A DNA stretch of 64,000 nt from a virus. This document shows, piece after piece, positions 30,194 to 40,044 of this stretch. A model generated the notes under the pieces. It saw only the letters and a list, made by a program, of their open reading frames with translations. It did no database searches and was not told the DNA's origin. The stretch covers positions 38,558 through 102,557 of the IMG/VR virus record IMGVR_UViG_3300023171_000008; one strand, 5' to 3'. Each line of letters starts with the position of its first letter. The stretch's first letter is position 1. The translations under genes were made by a program, and so were the position numbers.

Positions 30194-30229
30194 ACCACGA
30201 CATCCTATCATAGGCTCTGTCGTGGTTTT
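30194..30229 (+). terminator. Intrinsic terminator
   Basis: ACCACGACA/TGTCGTGGT stem followed by Ts. Confidence 0.7.
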
Positions 30230-30240
30230 AATCATCTTTA

Positions 30241-30942
30241 AATCTATTAATACAATATATTATGAATACTACAATTAACATTGGTGATTATTATTATAAT
30301 CCTAAAGCAATTCATTTAGGTATTAGAATTGCAACTGAACAAACTCTTAAAAATATTGCATTCTCTAAAGCTATTGCTTATGGTCAATGTTATTATGTAA
30401 AAATTCAATTATAACCTATTAATACTAATATTATGAAACTAACACTAATGAGTAACGACTCTAACGTTACTGAATACGGTACAGTTAAAATTGCACATAT
30501 GACTAATTTTAGTGATAATGAGTGTAAATTTCATTGTCATCTACAAGATGAACTAATTAAACTTACTACATTACTAATTGTTAACATGATACCTTTTAGT
30601 GTTAAATTTAGTAATGTAATTATTGACCTTACAAGAGTATCTATTAGATTAGACTCTTGATTAACCTATTAATACTATAATATGAGTGAACTATTATTTA
30701 GTTCTGTACCTTTACTCAATCTTATATTATAGTATTAATTTTATATTAACATTTAATAGTAATATGTAATTAATAATTTATTTACCATTAAGTTATGGAA
30801 TAATTATTTTGTATATTGCTATTTATAAATGTTTATTTTATAAGTCTATAATATATATTCATCATTGTGAAGTGATTCATTGTAACTTTGGTGAATAGGT
30901 TATAGCATTCTTTATATTAACATTTAATACTAATACATTATG
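30241..30942 (+). repeat. Repeated gene-leader motifs
   Basis: TAACCTATTAATACTA at 30412 and 30662 (variant at 30241); TTTATATTAACATTTAATA at 30740 and 30911; each lies just upstream of an ATG. Confidence 0.65.
30433..30660 (+). CDS. Hypothetical early protein
   Basis: ORF with the repeated leader. Confidence 0.55.
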   Translation: MKLTLMSNDSNVTEYGTVKIAHMTNFSDNECKFHCHLQDELIKLTTLLIVNMIPFSVKFSNVIIDLTRVSIRLDS

Positions 30943-31549
30943 AAACATTCAATTGAACAACTAAAGATGTGGTTCGATACTAAAGGTGATAAACCTGTAT
31001 CTGTTACTACATATTAATTATTAACAGATGTAAAGTTATAATAAGAGTATTATATTCTATTATAATACTTGGGAATATTATTTTAAATAATTATAATATC
31101 TCTTATTAAACTTTACTATTACTCCTTAATATATATACTAAATGTTTTACTTATTTCTAACACTATATTTACTACTAGTAATAGTAGTTATTATTAACCT
31201 TATTAAAACTTTAAATAACTTATGAAAACTATTTATTTATTACCTTCAGGTACAATTCAAACCAATGATATTATTAAATTTGGTGAAATAACTATTTCAT
31301 TTAAAGATTTAGATAGTATTCTTATTACATTACATACTAAAAATATATCTCATATTGATTAAACTTTTACTAACAACTTAACTTATGAATAATCATATTA
31401 AAACAATTGGTGTGATATTACTATTTGTAATTAATACTTAACTATAAATCTAGTTCATCTTCTGCATTTGTAGAACTATTCATTTTTCACCTATAATATC
31501 TATTACTATAGCTTTTACAACACATTAACAATTAACTAAACTAATCATT

Positions 31550-31860
31550 ATGAACAATTATTTAATAACAATTATAACATTAATTATAAATATTATTTTA
31601 TTATTAATCATATTTTCACCTAATATATATATTTAATACACAAACATCATTTTAATTGGGTAAATAATAACATAAATGTTCAATATAGAGATAATAATTA
31701 TTTTAATATTACAGATTATTATTTAATATATGATGATAGATTTAGAATATACATATCAACTCAATTAATTAAAGATAAAGATAATTATTATGCTAAAAAT
31801 GGATTATCTTTTAAAATGACTTCTGTTTTATGTATCAATTGTAATGAACTTAATAACTAA
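31550..31860 (+). pseudogene. Membrane protein gene frameshifted in an (AT)5 tract
   Basis: Removing one AT at 31623-31632 gives a 102-aa ORF MNNYLITIIT...SPNIYLIHKHHFNWV...CINCNELNN. Confidence 0.55.
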
Positions 31861-32632
31861 TCAATTAGCTAATCATATTATCATGACAACACAAGATCTT
31901 TATAACTATTTATCTAAAATAATAGATAATAATATTACAGAAATACCTTATGAAGGTAAAGAAATTGACAAGAATGGTTTAATTACTGATATAATAGATT
32001 TAATTTCAGAACTATAATAACTATTTTAAACATTAACTAACTACTAAACTAATAAATTATGATAAAAGTAACTATTTCTAAAGAGTATTATTTTGATGAG
32101 ATAGAACTTATTAAAAATAATATTGCTCCTGAATTAATTGATGAAATAGAATATGCTAAAATGCATGTTATTTCTATAATTAATAAACAAATATGTGAAG
32201 GAGTATTTTTTACAGACGAACTAACAGTAGAGATAAATCAATTATAAATAAAAATTATGCTACCATCGATTATACTAAGTATATCTATCTTTTTTTCAAT
32301 AATCTTTGTATGTGATTTCATATCAGTTGAAATATTGGATAAATCAATTTATGAAAGAAAAATATTATATGTCCCATTAATATGTATACTATGGGGATAT
32401 TTTTATTATCTTGTTAATTAAACTAAATTATGAATAAACTATTAATAATACTATTTTATACAGCAATTGTAATTACAAGTATAACAATATTAACATTCTT
32501 AGTATTACTATATATACTAATATGGTGGGATGTGACATATATAAATGAAATACTTATGACATTATTTTTAACATCTTGTGTCTCATTTCTTATAATACCT
32601 ATTACAGGGGAACTTTTAAATAAACTGTAATT

Positions 32633-32935
32633 ATGATAACAATTGGAATAATCTTAATAATATTAGCTGTTTTAATAATTTTAGCAGCTATAATTATAGT
32701 ATATGACGAAAGTGTAGAAACAGGTATTGGAAGTATTTTACTTGCTTTATTTTTAGGATTTATTGGTATAATGATGATAAATTCTTATATTATTAATCTT
32801 GAAAATAAATGTAAACCTAAAGTATATAAAATAGATTTACCTGAAGAAATATCTTTAGCTAAAACTAATGATATTTTATACATTAACAAAATAACTAAAG
32901 ATAGTATATATCTTGGTTTTAAACCTAATAAATAA
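32633..32935 (+). CDS. 2-TM membrane protein
   Basis: Two hydrophobic helices and a DLPEEI C-terminal domain. Confidence 0.6.
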   Translation: MITIGIILIILAVLIILAAIIIVYDESVETGIGSILLALFLGFIGIMMINSYIINLENKCKPKVYKIDLPEEISLAKTNDILYINKITKDSIYLGFKPNK

Positions 32936-33071
32936 ATAATTAATTCAACTAATTACTAAAACTTACTAAAATGTTAAACGATCTATCAAATATTTATTAT
33001 TCTAAACAGTATAATGAATTAAATAATAAACAACAATGTTTTATAAATAAACAATTAAATAAATTTAAATT

Positions 33072-33356
33072 ATGATAACTTTTATATTTATAATAGTAAT
33101 AATAGTTTTAATAATAGGTATTAATAAATTATATCTTAAAGATGAAGTTTTGACTATATTTTTAATGATGTTAATAGCAATATCTGTAGTTGCTATTATA
33201 GGTATTAATACACAACCGCCACAAACTAAACTATTTAAACCTGAATATCAAATAGAATTACTAAATTAAAATGATGTTAGAATATATAATGGTAAAACTT
33301 ATAAAACTATTCAATTTGATAGTATTCAGGATTATATAATAAACGATAACGAATAA
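33072..33356 (+). pseudogene. Membrane protein with an in-frame TAA
   Basis: Frame continues after TAA 33267-33269 as NDVRIYNGKTYKTIQFDSIQDYIINDNE, with no start codon of its own. Confidence 0.55.
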
Positions 33357-33449
33357 ATTATGGGAGATATTTTATTTTGTGTAATATGCTTTATAATAGG
33401 GTGGTTTTTAGCTGCTTTAACAAATAATAATTAACTAAATAATTAAACA

Positions 33450-33918
33450 ATGAAAAAACTTTTAACAATATTAATATGTATTTTAAGTCTAAGTACATAT
33501 GCACAAAAAGATACTATAACTAATAACTTTACTAAAACTGATGAAGTATTGTCAGAAGTAGTTAAGAAAGCTGTAGTATTAGCTGAAAAGACTGGTAATT
33601 TTATAATTGAACAAGCTCCTGATATATTACAAGAGTTTTATAATTGGAAGATTATTAGTTATATAATGGGTATACTATTATCTATTATAATATTTTTAAT
33701 AGGTAGATATATACCTTATTTATGGTTAACTAAAGAAGAATCATTATTATAGCGATAGATTTTTTAATCGATATGGTTCTGATGGTGTTATTGGAGCATA
33801 TATTACATTTGCTATAACAACTATTACTTTTAGTATCTTATTTATTACTAATTTATATAATTTAATATTTATAATTACAGCACCAAAATTATTTCTAATT
33901 GAATACTTTTTAAATTAA
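33450..33918 (+). pseudogene. Secreted/membrane protein with a frameshift near 33745
   Basis: Shifted frame gives YYSDRFFNRYGSDGVIGAY...APKLFLIEYFLN, a plausible TM C-terminus with no start of its own. Confidence 0.6.
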
Positions 33919-33922
33919 TATT

Positions 33923-34243
33923 ATGAAAAAACTTATTTTATGTATAATGATATTATTATCATATACAATTAATGCACAACTAATAAATGAACCATCTATA
34001 GATCCAGGTAATAATAATTTACCTAATACTACTAATACTATCACAGTTAATATAACATCAGGTATAGTAAAAGTAAGAATTAAATGTGAAGAATGTTCTG
34101 GATTTGATTGTGTATCATATGGTAAAGGTAGTGATAATAAACTCTATAAAATAGAGAAATGGTCTACTATAGATTTAGAAACTAAGAAATTAGTTAAATA
34201 TACTAAAGTAACAGTTGTTACATCATATCCTGTAGGATGTTAA
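33923..34243 (+). CDS. Secreted protein with signal peptide
   Basis: MKKLILCIMILLSYTINAQ Bacteroidota-type signal peptide. Confidence 0.6.
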   Translation: MKKLILCIMILLSYTINAQLINEPSIDPGNNNLPNTTNTITVNITSGIVKVRIKCEECSGFDCVSYGKGSDNKLYKIEKWSTIDLETKKLVKYTKVTVVTSYPVGC

Positions 34244-34249
34244 AATAAT

Positions 34250-34354
34250 AAAGTCTTGTCCAATTGTAGGAGAACAGGTATAGTTCACTTAATCCATATA
34301 GCTTTATACGATACCTTAGCACTGGATATTCAAGGCACAACCTTGCAAGACTTT
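34250..34354 (+). ncRNA. Candidate structured RNA A (105 nt)
   Basis: Closing stem AAAGTCTTG/CAAGACTTT; CAAGG/CCTTG hairpin; crossing AGGTAT/ATACCT and ATCCA/TGGAT. Confidence 0.55.
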
Positions 34355-34363
34355 TAATAATAT

Positions 34364-34564
34364 AAACCTTTCTAACTTGAAGATAAATAGTAATAATAAG
34401 TCAAGTAGATGGAATCCTGACTATGGTATGGTTCTGCCATTATTACAAGCTGATCCAACAGCTGTTATTTATTACTACAAGGTAGTTATACTAGTTAACT
34501 AATGTACTATCTGGATGAAAGTCAGATTATAACTATTCCTTTGGAAATGGGATTAGAAAGGTTT
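34364..34564 (+). ncRNA. Candidate structured RNA B (201 nt)
   Basis: 12-bp closing stem AAACCTTTCTAA/TTAGAAAGGTTT; several internal helices. Confidence 0.6.
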
Positions 34565-34573
34565 TAATAATAA

Positions 34574-34631
34574 ATTGTGTACAAATCTAATATTAATCAT
34601 TAGATAGTTATGGGGGTAACAAGTACACAAT
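34574..34631 (+). ncRNA. Candidate structured RNA C (58 nt, three-way junction)
   Basis: Closing stem ATTGTGTAC/GTACACAAT; hairpins ATCTAAT/ATTAGAT and GTTAT/GTAAC. Confidence 0.55.
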
Positions 34632-34886
34632 AATATGTAATTTGATAAATAATTAATAACATTTAAATAACATGATCAGAGGTTCTCCTATTGTGATGTA
34701 AAATAGTCACCTTAAACAAAAATATAAGTGAATAATAGTAGCTTGTACCATATAAATAAAAAAATATAATAAAATAACGAAATTAAATAACTTAACTAAA
34801 ACAATATCATTATGAAGAAAATGTAATAATATTAATTGTGAAATTCAAACTAGATTTATCTAACTGTTATAGTCAGTATTTTAAAT

Positions 34887-34972
34887 GCAGCTATGGTGTA
34901 ACTGGTAGCCACGCAAGACTTAAAATTTTGTGAACAGTAATGTTCGTAAGGGTTCGACTCCCTTTAGCTGTA
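34887..34972 (+). tRNA. trnL: tRNA-Leu(UAA)
   Basis: Acceptor GCAGCTA/TAGCTGT, anticodon loop CTTAAAA, long variable arm GAACA..TGTTC, T-loop GGTTCGACTCC. Confidence 0.92.
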
Positions 34973-35000
34973 CAAATAACAATATAAACTAATAATAACT

Positions 35001-35351
35001 ATGAATCAATTACAAAACTTACAACAAGGTTATAGTAAAGAAACTATTGCAGATATGCTTAAAGCTTTACTTAAAGAACCACAAAGATCTAAATTAAGAT
35101 TAGTACAAGTAGATGAACTGAAAATATTAGAATCATCTACTAAGAAACTTAATGAAACTGAACGTAATTATATTAAAACATTGTATCAAAACTTTGTTTT
35201 AAATAAATTTGAATTTGATGATAAATCAAATAAACCTATTGTTAAACCAATTGTTATTAAAGAACATGTTGGTATAACTATGTTAAGAGAATTGAATGAT
35301 GCTGCAGCAATGTTGTTTTATTCAGATAAATCATTTAAATTAACTGAATAA
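35001..35351 (+). CDS. Hypothetical protein
   Basis: ORF after the tRNA. Confidence 0.6.
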   Translation: MNQLQNLQQGYSKETIADMLKALLKEPQRSKLRLVQVDELKILESSTKKLNETERNYIKTLYQNFVLNKFEFDDKSNKPIVKPIVIKEHVGITMLRELNDAAAMLFYSDKSFKLTE

Positions 35352-35368
35352 CTACTAATAATAAAATT

Positions 35369-36823
35369 ATGAATATTAACGAATTAAAAGAAGGTGGGAT
35401 ATATATTGCATATAGAGATGATATAGATGATGGAATTATATTTAATCATATACATATTAAAAATATATTTACATATTCTAAAATTGGTAAAACAAATGTT
35501 ATATGTAGAAATTTTAGTTATGATCCAAGATATAAATATGTAGAACCCACGTTAGAACAAAAACATTGGTTTAATATGTGTGTAATTGAAGATAAATTTA
35601 TATCTTATGATGATGCTATGAAATCATTTGTTAAAGAATTTGTATTACCTGAAAAATGGTGTATTAAAGGTACTATATGTAAAACTGTACAAAAATATTT
35701 TTTAACATATAAAAATAATAAATTAGATGATTTAGTTATAGATCCAAGTTATGAAACTTGGTATTTTCATTCTAATCCAGTTGTATATGAAATGTATGCA
35801 AGTTCTTATAAACATAATAATTATACTGAAATAACTTTTGATCAATTTAAGCAATATGTTTTGAAAGAAGTTGTAATAGAAGAAGTTAAACTACCTTATG
35901 AAATATTAGTGAAACATAATGAAGATATTATTGAAGTAGCTAATGAAGAAGGTAATGTATTTAAGATTGGTGATAGAGTTAAATCACTTAAACGTCAATA
36001 TCCAAGTACAATTACTAGATTTATAAAAGGTAATACTGCTATAAATGCTATTACTAGTAACTTTATAAAAGGTATATCTATTGATAAAATAGAACATTAT
36101 ATCGAACCTAAAGTTAAACACTTAGTTATAACTAACAGTCATATAGATCAATTAAAATTACATAATCAAGGTATTGATGCTGTAGTAATACAACCTGAAG
36201 AATCATTATTAGATAAAGCTAAACGATTATATCCTATTGGTACTAAGTTTATTCCAACTAATACTAATAATGAACGTATTATTATTACTGGTTTATTTAA
36301 AAATAATGGTTCTGGTGGAATAAATGAATATAGTGACTATGGTATATTAGTTAAAACTAAAAATGATTATCACTGTGTTTACACAAATGGTCAATGGGCT
36401 GAAATAATTAGTAAACCTGAAGTTGATAATTCTAAATATGAGATATTAAGTTTAAGTTATTATTTTGAAAACGAACCAATAGAAATCTATAATATAACTG
36501 AAAAACTTACAAATAATGGTTATTATAAGTTTTATAATAATAAAAACGGTTATGTAGATTTAAGTTCTATTTTTTATCCTAAAGATAAATACGATAAAAA
36601 AGTTCAAATTCATTCAGTTAAACAATTATCTACAGGTGATATATTTACAGTAGGTGATAAAGCTAAAACTATTGACTCTAAAAATAATCATATTATAAAG
36701 TCAATTAAAATTAATCAAAAGTCTATTGATTATAATACTAAAGACGGTATTGATAGAATATGGTTAACTTGGAGTAATAATGAAGGGGGTAATTGGTTAG
36801 AATCTTCTGAATTAATTAAATAA
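35369..36823 (+). CDS. Mosaic multi-module hypothetical protein
   Basis: Short modules LPEKWCIK, AKRLYPIGTKF..WAEII, IHSVKQLSTGDIFTVGDK. Confidence 0.65.
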   Translation: MNINELKEGGIYIAYRDDIDDGIIFNHIHIKNIFTYSKIGKTNVICRNFSYDPRYKYVEPTLEQKHWFNMCVIEDKFISYDDAMKSFVKEFVLPEKWCIKGTICKTVQKYFLTYKNNKLDDLVIDPSYETWYFHSNPVVYEMYASSYKHNNYTEITFDQFKQYVLKEVVIEEVKLPYEILVKHNEDIIEVANEEGNVFKIGDRVKSLKRQYPSTITRFIKGNTAINAITSNFIKGISIDKIEHYIEPKVKHLVITNSHIDQLKLHNQGIDAVVIQPEESLLDKAKRLYPIGTKFIPTNTNNERIIITGLFKNNGSGGINEYSDYGILVKTKNDYHCVYTNGQWAEIISKPEVDNSKYEILSLSYYFENEPIEIYNITEKLTNNGYYKFYNNKNGYVDLSSIFYPKDKYDKKVQIHSVKQLSTGDIFTVGDKAKTIDSKNNHIIKSIKINQKSIDYNTKDGIDRIWLTWSNNEGGNWLESSELIK

Positions 36824-37273
36824 CATATAATAGATATAGGTTGAGATTAATAATAATTAAAATCTATATCTATTTATAATTAAATAACAAAATAAATGAA
36901 AAATAAAGAAATATTAAATAATATATTATCTAAAGAAATAGATGATTTATTAAATGATCAGATTTCTGATTTAATAGACGAAGAATCATTTGAACAGGCT
37001 GAATGCAGAATGTCTTATCAAAATGATGATTGGGGAGATTATGAAAATAACAAAGGTAATTATGAGAACAATATTTAAAATAATAGCAGTATTATGGTTA
37101 TTAGATGTATTTGTATTCATAGCATCATTAGTCTTTATGGTATTACTTGCTATTGGTGTAGATCTTAATCTAATTACATTAATACAATTGTTTATATTTA
37201 CATTAGTAATGGTACTACCATTATCTTTATTGTTAATATATTTAATATCATCACCACATAAACCAATTAAAAT

Positions 37274-37993
37274 ATGGAAACTAAGTTTAAAGTAGGAGAT
37301 AAGATAGTTGTATGTAATAATTGTCATCATAAAGATACTATTACATATAAAAGAGATTGTCAAATTGGTTATATTAAAGATTTAAAAATTGGACATGATA
37401 CAATATTGATAGATTTTGAGGATAATGGTAATTGGTTAAATAGTACGGTTTATAAAGATAGTATACAACATTATATAGAAACAAAAGAACAAAATATGAA
37501 AACAGTAGTATTACCAATAGAAATCGCAAGAAAGATGTATCTTCATAGTAAAGATGAATCTGTTAGAGAGTTCGCTTTAAGTAATTATAGTAAAGAGGAA
37601 TTAGAAGCTAAAGAATTACCTAAAAGTTGGGAAGAATTGAAAGAAGTTAAAGGATGTACTATTGATATAAATTCTGACATGTATGTTTGTAATAATAAAA
37701 CAGTATATAAAACTCTTTCTGCAAATCGTAATATATTTCCAACTAAATCATTAGCTGAAGCAGCATTGGCTTTAAGTCAATTATTACAACTTAGAGAAGT
37801 TTATAGAAATGGTTGGATTCCTGATTATACTAAAGATGATATAAAATATTGTATTATGTTTAATAAAAATAATTTAAATTTATATCAAACGGTGTATTAT
37901 AGTAGATTATTTAGCTTTCAATCTAAAGAAATTGCACAACAATTCTTAAGTAATTTTGAAGAATTATTAGAAACTTGTAAAGAACTTATATGA
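37274..37993 (+). CDS. Hypothetical protein (KOW/SH3-like N-terminus)
   Basis: FKVGDK N-terminus; LPKSWEEL...ALSQLLQLR..Y..GW.PD domain. Confidence 0.6.
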   Translation: METKFKVGDKIVVCNNCHHKDTITYKRDCQIGYIKDLKIGHDTILIDFEDNGNWLNSTVYKDSIQHYIETKEQNMKTVVLPIEIARKMYLHSKDESVREFALSNYSKEELEAKELPKSWEELKEVKGCTIDINSDMYVCNNKTVYKTLSANRNIFPTKSLAEAALALSQLLQLREVYRNGWIPDYTKDDIKYCIMFNKNNLNLYQTVYYSRLFSFQSKEIAQQFLSNFEELLETCKELI

Positions 37994-38221
37994 TATTTAT
38001 AATAATATATATAGTGTCAGTAATAATATCTTATTATACATCAAGATATTTATTGAAAAAATCAACTAATAGTTGGAATTACGATGACGTATTTGCAATA
38101 ATATTTTTTTCATTGTTAATACCAATAATTATAATAATATTAGCTTTTATTTTTAATTGTCCAATAAATAATAATAGAAAACCACCAAAATGGTTATAAA
38201 ATAACTTAATAAATAATAATT

Positions 38222-38614
38222 ATGAAAACTAAGGAATTAGAAGAGATTACATCAGTAACATATAGTTTTGCTGATGGTACTAAAGTTGTACAACCAATCA
38301 ATAGAGAAGTATTTGTTGATTATAAAGGTAGAAAGAAGTCTATTAATGAAGTATTACAAGTATTTCATACAACAGCTTTAGATAAGAAAGCTACATCATT
38401 TACATTAGATGGTGATGTAGAAGATGTTATAGCAGTTAATGAACAACATTTTACTACTAAAGAACGCAAGAATGCTAAGAGAGATTATGCTGAATTTAAA
38501 GCAATGAATCCTCAAGGTTTCTTTACTGAACAACAGAAGTTTAGATCTGAACTAATAGATAAACTATCTAAACGTGTTAGATTTAATTTAACTAAGTTAA
38601 GTAATTTAAACTAA
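38222..38614 (+). CDS. Hypothetical protein
   Basis: ORF with high-expression codon bias. Confidence 0.6.
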   Translation: MKTKELEEITSVTYSFADGTKVVQPINREVFVDYKGRKKSINEVLQVFHTTALDKKATSFTLDGDVEDVIAVNEQHFTTKERKNAKRDYAEFKAMNPQGFFTEQQKFRSELIDKLSKRVRFNLTKLSNLN

Positions 38615-39184
38615 TGATTATATTTATATTAATCTGGTGTTTAATAGGTTTAGTATCATTATGGAGAGTATATCATGGATTTTTAAAAGATTGGTATATT
38701 AGATTTAATGAAAGTTATTGGTCATATGATGCTAAAACATTTAAATTATTATTTATAGCAAGTCCTGTATTTATAATGGGAGGACTTTTTACATTATTGT
38801 ATTGGGAAATTAATGTAAATACTACTAACTGGTATTTTACAACTAAAAATAAAATAACTAATGAATCTTAAACAAGCTTTAGTTGTGTTATTAGCTATAT
38901 TGTTAATGGGAGTAATTGCTACAGTATTATATAACTATTTTGTATGGTTTGTAGCTGCAGCAATATCCTCAACTATCAACTTAGTTATTATGTTTAAAGC
39001 AATTAATATAATGGTTGATTATGACGATTAATGCAATATTAACACAACCAATAAATAGACCAGAGTCTATACAGGAACGTAGAAATCATTTTCAACAATG
39101 GTTGTCTAATTTAAAGAACTATAATTACAAGCAAATACAACGAGAGTTAGATGCTTGTGATATTATTAAATAATTAATAGTGAC

Positions 39185-39257
39185 TATTGAGATGGAAAAA
39201 TGGGAAGAAAAGGGATTAATAACCTCAAGATTGTGAGTTCGATTCTCACTTCAATAG
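39185..39257 (+). tRNA. tRNA-like element / pseudo-tRNA
   Basis: 73 nt; acceptor TATTGAG/TTCAATA and T-arm GTGAG-TTCGATT-CTCAC intact; D-arm and anticodon stem degenerate. Confidence 0.5.
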
Positions 39258-39303
39258 CTAAACAAAGTTCATAATTTTTGTTTTATTAGTTAGTTATTAG
39301 TTG

Positions 39304-39338
39304 AACTGTCAGTGAATAAAGTAGCTGACAGTTTTTTT
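39304..39338 (+). terminator. Intrinsic terminator
   Basis: AACTGTCAG/CTGACAGTT stem plus T7. Confidence 0.8.
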
Positions 39339-39360
39339 ATTAAAATTTAAAATATACGTT

Positions 39361-40044
39361 ATGAATAATATAAAAAAAAGATCTAAAAAAATATTAAATT
39401 TAAAACAATATAATAAAAATAATTATCCCGAATTTGTATCAGATATTAACGATATCTGTCCATATAATAAACAATATATTTTAAGATGTTTAATTAAAAA
39501 AGGATTTGATGATTTTAAAATACCTGATGAATTATTATGGTTGAAAAATATTATTGAAAAATCATATAATTATCAAAAAAATATAATAAAAATTGAACAT
39601 TCTTTTTGTTATGTTACAGTAAGGCATGGTTTAATAGAATCTACAACTGATGATGAATGGCATGTAGATGGATTTAGTATGAGAATTAATCATATACCTG
39701 AACAAAATTACATATACTCTAATATTTTACCAACAGAATACTTAGTTAAAAAATTAAATTTAAATAACTTTAATCCTTTTGAAGAAAATATACATAAGAT
39801 TATACAGAAAAATATAAATAATAATTCTAAAATTAATAAATTAGTAATTAATAAATTATATTGTTTAGATCCTTATGTAATACATAGAAGACCTGTTATT
39901 AAAGATAATAATTTAAATAGAACTTTTGTAAGAATATCTTTTACTCCAATTGAAATACAAGATACAAATAATACATTAAACCCTTTAATTCCTACTAATT
40001 TTAATTATGATGGAGTTTTACAATTTAGAAATAATTTAAAATAA
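39361..40044 (+). CDS. 2OG-Fe(II) dioxygenase-like protein
   Basis: WHVDG (HxD), distal HRRP, RTFVRISF. Confidence 0.65.
   Translation: MNNIKKRSKKILNLKQYNKNNYPEFVSDINDICPYNKQYILRCLIKKGFDDFKIPDELLWLKNIIEKSYNYQKNIIKIEHSFCYVTVRHGLIESTTDDEWHVDGFSMRINHIPEQNYIYSNILPTEYLVKKLNLNNFNPFEENIHKIIQKNINNNSKINKLVINKLYCLDPYVIHRRPVIKDNNLNRTFVRISFTPIEIQDTNNTLNPLIPTNFNYDGVLQFRNNLK

Noticed and set aside
30857-30898. Hairpin containing TAACTTTG as a plus-strand promoter
   Set aside because: No -33 box at 19-21 nt spacing; the hairpin is imperfect
30241-32060. CRISPR-like or regular repeat array
   Set aside because: Repeats are few, irregularly spaced and coincide with gene leaders; no cas genes
34678-34730. 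preQ1-I riboswitch-like AGAGGTTCT...CCTT-AAACAAAAA
   Set aside because: Loop too long, 3' pseudoknot partner not evident, no queuosine gene downstream; would need cmscan
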